Origin: Lepidodermella squamata
Taxonomy: Eukaryota > Animalia > Gastrotricha
DNA: 64,000 nt
Reading direction: 5' to 3'
Assembly: GCA_047495785.1 (NCBI GenBank)
Contig: JBLDXI010000030.1
Coordinates: 496,001 to 560,000, forward strand
Under the pieces are notes generated by a model. It was given only the letters and a program-made list of their open reading frames with translations. It was not told the origin of the DNA and did no database searches. Shown here piece by piece: positions 55,094-64,000 of this stretch (position 1 is its first letter; the number at the start of each line of letters is the position of its first letter). The position numbers and the translations under genes were made by a program.

Positions 55094-55527
55094 ATGAAGT
55101 ACGCCACAGTCATTCTTCTGCTGTGCATTGCCGTCGCGGCTAACGCTGTGCCGGTCAAACAGAGCATTCCAGAGCATCAAACACCAAAAACCTGTTCGAC
55201 AGATACTTGTCTCTACGGGTTACCCTGCTGTGAGGGATAGTGAGTTATTTTAAACAAATTCATGGCATCATCTTGTGATGATTTCTAATTTGCCCAGCTA
55301 TTGCAGCAACCGCGGATTCACCTACGGCACTTGTTTCAAGAATGGATCCACAACTCCTACTGCCCCAAAGGATGACAGCTGCTCAACAAGCGATTGCCTT
55401 AACGGTAAACCTTGCTGCGCGCCACTGTAAGTCAAACTTTAATTTCAGCTTTTACCCTATTCTCAATTCTCTCGACCTTTTCAGTAAATGTCTGACAAAA
55501 GGATTCGGGGCTGGCTACTGCTATTGA
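55094..55527 (+). CDS. Secreted double-knottin peptide gene H
   Basis: Exons 55094-55239, 55298-55426, 55485-55527. Confidence 0.88.
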
Positions 55528-56016
55528 GCTAACCTTACTGCACACATACATAACTCATGTTACTTTAAAGAATTTGAATTCGAAATAGTTGCAGAATAAA
55601 ATGGCATTGAATTGCTCGCAAATTCTTGTTCAACTTTCAACGGATAAAACGAATAGCTACTCACTCTATGGACAATGCTGCCTTCTCGGGAATGTGCTCG
55701 GTACCAGATGTGCCAGTTTCAGACCCTGGCGCTACCATCAGCGTTCCTTGAATCGCTGTCAACTCTTGAATAGGAATGCTGGCTCTAGCTTGTTTCTTCA
55801 CGAGCTAGCAATTTTACTGCTCTATCGTGCGATCTTCTCCCCTTCGGCGTAAAAAATGGCTGAGCTATGAATCATTCAATAACTTTTATTGTTTTCCTCT
55901 AAAGAAACTATAATAGGAATGAGGGAAAACAAACACCAGCTTCATCCAAGTTAAAGCGATCTCGGTTAGATGCTGACCGCTTCCGTGCTGATCGAGTCTC
56001 GCTTTCCGTCTTACTT

Positions 56017-56580
56017 TTATCGAAGCAGAGACTTCTCGACACAACGGGCGATACCGAGGGCTTTACCGACGCAGAAGCTGAAATAAATGAAAATAAATGA
56101 GTTCTGAATCTGATAGGAAGAGATAAGGCTCACTAGTCACCGCAGCAAGGTCCCTTATCGCATGATTCAGTCGAGCAACTTGCTGCTGCTCTTTGAGTAG
56201 GTAAGCAGAATCCACTGTTGAAGCCATGTTTAGCACATTGGCTGTAATAAACAAGATATTTCTCTTCATATCTTCTATTTTTTCGAATTTTAACTTACTA
56301 TCCTTCACAACATTGCTGGCCCATGTTACACTCATATGTCGAGCATGCTTGCCTTTGCGAGGGTAGGCAAAATCCGCTGTTGAAGCCGTGTTTAGCACAT
56401 TGGCTGTAATAAACAGCATACTTTATTTCACCTTCTATATTTTCTAATTTCAACTTACTATCCTTCACAGCATTGCTGGCCCATGTTACATTCATACGTC
56501 GAGCAGGTTGGCTGAGTCGTTGAAGCAGCAACCACAGCAACTAAGAGGGTTATGACAACGATTCCAAAAGCAGCTCTCAT
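56017..56580 (-). CDS. Secreted triple-knottin peptide gene I (4 exons)
   Basis: Signal peptide + 2x CSTYECNMGQQCCEGYQCAKHGFNSGFC + CSTESCDKGPCCGDYFCVGKALGIARC. Confidence 0.85.
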
Positions 56581-57393
56581 TTTTGATGAATTTGCTAGTT
56601 TGATTGATGAGTGAGGTTTTGAAATTTCCATGCGCCATAGCGGCTTTAAATAGGCTTTCCTGGGCCCATCTGGTTCTACAAAAAGTGTCGCGCTGACGCA
56701 TTGGGTTTTGTTGTGGGGCAATTAACGAGCTTATCTCGCCTATGAAGGTTAAAATTCTACATCAGCTCGAATTATCGGCATAGCGCAGTCACGTTTTCTT
56801 AGCAGAATGATCACCCAGTTTACCACCATTAATGGTCTTTTAGTTAAGTGCGAGTTCTTCCGCGACGTGAACGAAAACTACTACACATTGTTTTGGACTA
56901 AGGACAAAACATGTCTCTTGTATTACTCCTGTATCTCCGATAAACGAATTGCAGTCTGCTTTAGTTTTGTAGCAAACTTCCCCCTCCATGGGGCGAGTTG
57001 CGGGGCAGATCCAGCCAAACTCGAATGGCTCTTCCCACATTTCGGTTTGTAGCAGAGGCCGCCATTTAATTCTTCATGAGCACTGCATTATCGATTTTCA
57101 CATCATTTTATTCATTTTCATAAAATTCAACACAGAATAGCGCGAACAGTGCGTGAACGATAATACAAGCTTAGCGCGCACAGAGCGCACCAATGAGAAC
57201 GCGCGGTCAGTTTAGGTACGGATATTGACTATCCGAACCTCGGATAGCCGAGAAGCTCATCTAGGCTCATCTAGCTCATCCACGTGCGGATGGCTACGAT
57301 GGTACGGATGATCCTAATTCATCCGAACCGATTATTATAATTATGTCTATGATTATCGGCAATAAAGCACCTTCTTCGGACGATAAAAACATA

Positions 57394-57841
57394 CCGTATT
57401 TTACGAATTATTAGGCAGGACCCAATTATAGGGCAGAACCGGAATAAAGGGCAGAGGGTAATGGTCATTTGAAATAATAAAGGGCAGAACCTTAATAATA
57501 GGCAGGGCCTTGTATGAAGTGGCTTACATGGGCGCATGCTGGGTATAAGTGGTTAAAGTTAAATAGGTTGCGATTTCTCGTCAGTAAGTGCACTAATCGT
57601 CCTTTATCCACCCAAATCCATTTGAGCACACACTTGTAGTGTAGTCACAGGTGGAAGGCAGCAGCTATAGTGGTTATTCGGCGGTTTTAACTGCTGATCT
57701 AGGTACTGTTCAGGTGACTGATTAGGTTCGAAAAAATCATAGGGCAGAGCCGAATTAAAGGGCAGACCCTAAATACAGGGCAGGACTTGAACCTCGTTTG
57801 AAAAAAATACAGGGCAGGGTCTTATAATTCGTAAAATACGG
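57394..57841. mobile_element. Tc1/mariner-pogo-type MITE, 448 bp
   Basis: TIR CCGTATTTTACGAATTAT, TA flanks, internal AGGGCAG repeats. Confidence 0.85.
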
Positions 57842-57915
57842 TATTTCAAAATTATGGGAGACGTTGTCAGAATTCAGAAAATCCTTTGCCTCTGTAAACA
57901 GTGGCCATTATGCCA

Positions 57916-58550
57916 AACTGGGTGACCATGTAAACACGACGCTGACTTGAACACACAATGGCGTCACGTTATTGAGCAGAAGAAAAAACCTCTTTGGCAA
58001 ACCTGGATGACCATGTTCGGCAATGCCGTAGTAGAATCGTGTTTTTATATCTTATTAATTGCTGAAAATCCTTTGTTTCTCCTGGATTTGGACATCAAAC
58101 CTGGTAAAGATTTTAAAATCAAATGATTGCTATTTACCTATACACACAATAGCGTTACGTATGGAAAATCGACATGAGGGTCCCTCCTTTGGTCTTCGTC
58201 TTCAAGTGTTCAAGTTCACCTTGCGGATCGATGGAACTGGAAGCGATGATCTCTACCATCCCTAATAGCCGTTTCGGGCAAGCCTGTTATCCAGCGCAAC
58301 TACAATTTGTTCGACGTTCGACGTCGGAAATGCTCGCTGCGGTTTCGCGCACTGGCTATATTGCATAACTGGGTGACCATAAAAAGACGAAGCTTGAACT
58401 CAAATTAGTATTGATTCAGTAGAAAAACATAATCCCTCAACGAGGAAAAAACCTTGTGGCTCACCTGGTTGGCCACGTATGGCAATGCCGTAGTAGAATC
58501 GTGCTTTTATTGTTTAATGATCGCTGAAAAAAACATTCATGTCTCGTTGA
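57916..58550. repeat. Diverged direct repeat pair upstream of the ankyrin gene
   Basis: AACTGGGTGACCAT...GGCAATGCCGTAGTAGAATCGTG at ~57916-58085 and ~58367-58550. Confidence 0.7.
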
Positions 58551-58599
58551 TTTCAGCATTATTTAAATTTGCTCATTAGAATCTCAATTTTTAGGTAAA

Positions 58600-61579
58600 A
58601 TGATATCCATCTACGCAATTTTGTTCGAAATATGTATCACGGGTGGGATAATTCACGCAAGGGCGATCGATTACGACAGCGTAAGACCTTGAACATTTTC
58701 AGCTTCTTCGAGTTCTAAGTGTTTGATTTAGGCTCTAAACCAAGCTGTTATGTCGGGCCAAATCTCTTCAGTTCAGCAAATGTTGAATTCGGGCCTAGCT
58801 AACGCAAATTCAACGGCAATTTACCTACCAGGAAACCGAGCCCCGGCTTTAGTGAATGCAATTCGAACAAATCAGAGCTTCGAAATGGTCGAATTACTAC
58901 TGCGAAACGGCGCAAATGTCGAGGCGAGGAATTATGGCTTCAAGAAACAGCGAAACGGTCAAAATTTCGTGGAGGTTATCGATGCTAGGGCTGATTCAAA
59001 AACTCCATTTCTCTGGGCAGCAAGAGTAGGCAGGCTGGATCTAGCGAGACTTCTCGTTGAAAATTACGCAGCTGGAACGGATGTTCGAGACCAGAGGAAC
59101 CAGACGGCGTTGATGGTAGCCTTTGACGGCCCAATCACTCAAGACTATCTTCCGTTAGCTTACTACTTGTTACCATTCGAATCACCAGATTCCAGAAACT
59201 CCGCCGGACAAACTGCCCTTCATATACTTTGCCGGGTTGACACTATTGATCCTGTGCCTTTTGCTAAATTACTGCTGGAACAGTTCAAAATGGATGTCAA
59301 TGCGAGGGACAAGGAAGGCAACACGCCTTTGCTGTTCGCGGCAAGAACTGGCTATTCCCTTGGTTTGCTTCAATATTTGATCGACCAAGGCGCGGATGCG
59401 CAGGCTCAAAATAACGAAGGTGATAATATGCTGCTGCAAGCTTGTCAAATCAATCGTCCTGGGTCGGGCCATTTAACTTTTATCAAGTTTGCAATCGAAA
59501 TCGGACAGAATGACGTCAATTCAATGTCGGAATTTGCACCCTGCGACTATCACCTTCAATGGCGAAATGGTTGGCAGCTCAACGACTTGGATCTTGCTGA
59601 AATTATTCAGTACTTAGCTAGTAAGGGCTATGATTTCAACCTTAGGGCTGATTCAGGCTATAACGCACTCATGTCCGCAGCAGCGTCGAATGATCGGCAG
59701 CGTACTCTTGTGGCCTTGCTCGATCTTGGCGTTGATGTAAACGCAACAAATGTCAGGGGCGAAACTGCCTTGAACATCGCGTCCAGTAAAATCAGCATCG
59801 GCAATTTGAGAAGACGAGGTGCTGCCTCGGGCAGTGAGTTAGCCATGGGATCATCGACCAGTTCCGTAACTTCGACAAAAAAGAGTTCATCGACAATTTC
59901 GACGACACCAGCAGAAATAACTTCAGCTAAAATGTGGCCATTGACGCCTAGCGACGAGGCAATTAATGATGGTCTGCAGCCGATTGTTGGAGCAATTTTC
60001 AAGGCAAGATCAACTGCTGCAATGAAGACCAGATTTACTACCCGATCAGACGTGAAAGCTGTGCGGAATGAATCGCTTATCTCGGTTGGTTAAAATTAGT
60101 TATTATAAAATAAGCTATAATACTCGACTAATCGATGGAGGGACCCTTTAGTCGGGGCAAAAAGTAGAACAGAACACCCCCTAGCTCGAGGATCCTCGTC
60201 AGCGTAGGTCATAAAAAAGTATTATATTGTGCTTTCACTAGGAATTTGCTGGAAAAGTCAAAGCTGGGAACGTTACTGCTGTTCGCGAAATGATTCGACT
60301 CAATCAAGCCCGCGGGGACGCTCTTATAATTGAACAGCACGATGACTACGTGTCTTGCGAGACCTTGACTTACTTCCAACCGATCCCGGTGGTGGCTGCT
60401 GCTTTGAGTGTTGCCAATGCTTCGTTGGAGATGCTTCAGATTCTACTCGAAAATGATGGCGACGCAAATGCGATTCACCCAAAGTTCAAGAAATCTGCTC
60501 TTGTGCTTGCAGCTGAACAAGGTCGCCTTGATCTGGTTAAATTGCTCGTGCAATTCGGTGCAGATGTCGATTTGGAAGCGAACGGGAGAACGGCGATTCT
60601 CGACGCGACGGCAGTGAACCTTGAAATCTGTAAATTTCTGGTTTCACAGGGAGCTTCGAAACACGTGGATCAAATCAGTTTCGAGGCCTGTCGAATCTCC
60701 AAGACGCCTGCTCTCCCTGTGTTCAAATTCGCTATTGAGGAGGCTGGAAATTCTGTTTCTGACAAGGATACCGAAGGCAGGACTCCACTTGCAGTCGCAG
60801 CCATGTACTTGAAATCACCAGATCGCGTTCAAGTCTATGAATATCTGATATCGAAAGGGGCCGATGTTACAGTCAGGATTAATTATTCAGCCACAGACCG
60901 ATACACAAATTATACATTGTTACATCTAGCAGCACATGGAGATGACGTTGATCTGGCAAGACTTTTAATCGCAACTCCTGGCATTGGCCTAGAAGAACGA
61001 GAACCAACTGGTAAAACTCCGTTAATGATTGCAGCGAAAGATTACGCGGAAAGTGTGGTCGATCTTCTCATCGATTCGGGTGCGAATTTGTCGGCTGTTG
61101 ACATTGATGGGAATAACGCCTTTTTGTTAACTTGTTTGAATGCCGACTTCCATCTTCTCCGAGTCAGGCGATTTGCAAATTTCACTGGAGTGGACGTAAA
61201 TTCTCAGAACAAAAACAACGACACGTGTCTGACCCTGATTTGGAAAAACTATGACTTTAACGGTTTTGCCAAGCTTCTAGTTCAAAAGGGTTACGATATC
61301 AACCGAAAACTCCGCAGGGGAGATACTCTTCTTCACATCGTCTCAGCTCGAGAAATGACAAGTAATGTGGACGAGTTGATTGAAGCTGGAGCTAATTTCA
61401 ATTTGCTGAATGACGAAGGCTATTCTCCGCTTGATTTAGCGCTGATATACGGCAATACTCAGGCTATAGCCGCACTAACAGCCGCTGGAGCTATTACGGC
61501 TAAACCGATGCCGTTCTATTTGACGACTACTGCTACAACAACGACTAGTGTCGGAACTACTAGTAGTAGTAGTACGTAG
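58600..61579 (+). CDS. Ankyrin-repeat protein with putative signal peptide and Ser/Thr-rich linkers, ~923 aa (3 exons)
   Basis: Exons 58600-58680, 58732-60084, 60242-61579 join in phase 0; many G.TPL/TAL..A repeats. Confidence 0.75.
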
Positions 61580-61941
61580 TACTATTAGTGTTGGAACTAC
61601 GCTAGGGATATCGCTAGGGTCGAGTCCCAGTCTCGGAGGCTGGCCAGGATGGAAATATATATAAGTGGCATTAAACTGAATTATTTTCTGAGGCTGACAG
61701 CTATCCTTGGTTATGAATATTTTTAAATTCAAATTTGTACATATTGTACCAATTTCACATTATTAAATCAGAAATAGCAATTCGTCATCTTTGACCAAGA
61801 AGGAACCAAATCACCTGTGAGCACCTGTGAATGAGAACCTCATCAGTTCCGAGTAAATCAACGCTTATCAGTTTACGTGTGGGGTTAATTTTACGATTCT
61901 GTTCACGTTAAAACCAGCTTATATAGCAGCGGTCCAAGGAC

Positions 61942-62310
61942 TATACATAGTTTGATTCAACCGCAGCGCGCATCATGTTTGAAAGGTGATAATTCGTCAG
62001 TTTGCTCCAATTCTTGCTCTTTAACATGAGCACGAGGTTGAATCCGGCCTCGCATACCCAGGTGGTAGCTAACGGCAGCTGGATTCAAGTCCTTGATAGC
62101 AGCATCTCTGAGAATTCCGTATTTGTTAGAATCGAGAACCCGCCAATATCCTTCAAGATCTGACTTGGTGAAGCGCTGTTTTTCTTCTTGGTCAGCCTGA
62201 AGTTCAACAAGCTCCTCAACCAGGTCGTTAGAAACTTACGAAGCATCGACTTGAAATGGATTCCGAACTACAGAAAATTCCTTCGCAGGATCATCGCGGA
62301 ACATGGGATC
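61942..62310 (-). pseudogene. hAT (Buster/Charlie-like) transposase C-terminal relic
   Basis: VVRNPF...*...EELVELQAD...F....L..YW...Y..L...AIK / frameshift / ATTWVCEAGF...K.K....L...MRAA, matching the hAT dimerisation-domain pattern. Confidence 0.7.
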
Positions 62311-62713
62311 ATTTTGCCATCACTTAATATTTCTTTCAAAATAAACCAAAGGGGAATCATCCAGGGAATTATTGATATTCGCATTGATCACCATATTTCA
62401 TCAGCTATAACCATGTGGGGTGGTACGAACGTAGTCATAAGCCACTTCTGGAAACTAAATAAAGCAAATTTAAAGTATGGCTAAGTTTCAGGAAGCCGGG
62501 GTAAATGAGATGAATCATTGTCTGCTTGCTTTGAAATCTGGTCTGTATGAGTATATGCTGAATCATTTTCAGTGACATTTATGTATTGCCGTCATTTATT
62601 AAACCCTTTTATACATATTACTTATAAGGAGAAAGTAGACTTAACATTAACCAAATGTATCGCAGTCTTCATAATTATTAATTATGCCGAAATTCCGCTG
62701 GCTATTCCAATGT

Positions 62714-64000
62714 TCAGATAAGCATCGATTTCTTCACGCACTGTGAACTGCCGAAGCTCTTACCGACACATAAGCTGGAATTGAAACAAATATTATTTGC
62801 GTTGCAATGAAGCTCAAGTGAAGTCTTACTAGTCATCGCAGCAAGGTCCGTTATCGCATGATTCAGTGGAGCAGCCCTGTTGCTGCGGTTTTTGGGCGAA
62901 GCAATACCCAGTCGTATAGCCTCGGGTAGAACAGAAGCTGTTTGAAGGAATGTTACAATTTGATTTAACATGCGGTCTCGAACTTACTATCCCTCGCAAC
63001 ATGGCAAGCCGTCCAAGCAGGTTTCTGTCGAACATTTCGGCTGTTCGGTGGGTTTCACTTCGCTCTGTTGGAAGCAAATTCCGGTGGTAAAGCCATGGTT
63101 AGAACAGTAGCTGTGTAAAAGGCAATGTTTCAATCTTCATATTCAGCAATCGTCTATAGCTTACTATCCCTCGCAACATGGCAAACCATCCATGCAGCTG
63201 TCTTTCGAGCATTTTGGCTGCTCGATGGGTTTCACTTCGCTTTGTTGGAAGCAAATTCCTGCGGTGTAGCTATGGTTAGAACAGTAGCTGTGAAAGAAAA
63301 CTTGTTATCGCTGCTTCAAGTACTGGACTGCAACTTACTATCCTTCGCAACATGGCAAGCCGTACAGGCAGGTGTCTGTCGAGCACTTTGGCTGCTCGAT
63401 CGGTTTCACTTCGGTTTTTTGGAAGCAGAATCCAGTGTTGAAGCCATGGGTCTCGCAGTAGCTATGAAAAACATCGTCACGCTTTGAAGCTTCAGTTGTT
63501 AAATACTATAACTTACTATCCCTCACAACACGGCAGGCGGTCCATGCAGGAGTACGTCGAACAGCTATCGTTTTTCGGCTCGACTGCCTGTTGGAAGCAG
63601 ATTCCTGTGGTGAAGCCATGTTTAGAACAGTAGCTGTGTACGAGAGAATGTTAATATCTTCATATTCAATACTGGACGGCAACTTACTATCCCTCGCAAC
63701 ATGGTAAGCCATCCATGCAGCTGTCTTTCGAGCACTTTGGCTGCTCGACGGCTTTCTTTTCGGTATTTGGAAAGCAGAATCCAGTGTTGAAGCCATGTTT
63801 TTCACAGTAGCTTTTTAGGATATCATTTTACTCAACAGCTTCAGGAAATGATCATGACTTACTATCCCTCGCAACACGGCAAGCGGTCCATGCAGGAGTA
63901 TGTCGAGCAGCTATCATTTCTCTGCTGGATTTGTTTCACCTCGGGTTCCTCTACAACTTGTGGTGCACTTTTCGGTAGGCACATACCAATCGAAAAGCCA
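62714..64000 (-). CDS. Multi-knottin concatemer gene J, >=8 domains (5' end outside window)
   Basis: Exon-intron units of roughly 160-180 bp, each exon Y.C..HG...G.CF-linker-CS...C...LPCCEG with phase-2 GT-AG introns; ends ...QCVKKSMLI*. Confidence 0.88.

Noticed and set aside
1-64000. tRNA/rRNA genes and host species assignment
   Set aside because: No RNA gene recognisable by eye; the sequence supports only an invertebrate-like animal with short introns

Overview
Eukaryotic (invertebrate animal-like) genomic DNA with ~50-60 nt GT-AG introns. It has two main components. (1) 1169-22502: a complete, apparently intact 21.3-kb Polinton/Maverick (adintovirus-like) element. It has ~300-bp terminal inverted repeats (5'-AGCAGTAG...CTACTGCT-3') and a perfect 6-bp target-site duplication (CGTCCC). 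It encodes protein-primed PolB, a PLA2-integrase-chromodomain fusion, an A32-like ATPase, minor and major capsid proteins, an adenain-like protease, core, fibre and membrane proteins, a VLTF3-like factor, two spliced left-arm genes and a spliced host-type Ly6/three-finger gene. Nine of its virion-module and integrase genes share a TCTA(G/A) motif 11-13 nt before the ATG. The protease overlaps the upstream core gene at an A_AAA_AAC -1 slippery site. (2) The host locus it landed in is an expanded cluster of at least 13 spliced genes for secreted multi-knot cysteine-rich peptides (C-C-CC-C-C framework; 2, 3 and >=8 domains), which the ORF track misses. These are interleaved with two Cys-loop channel genes, two class A and one class C GPCR genes, TolB-like and PQQ-like beta-propeller genes, a PAN-like gene, a signal-peptide ankyrin gene, many MITEs and a hAT transposase relic. 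All calls are from reading motifs by eye; no searches were run.
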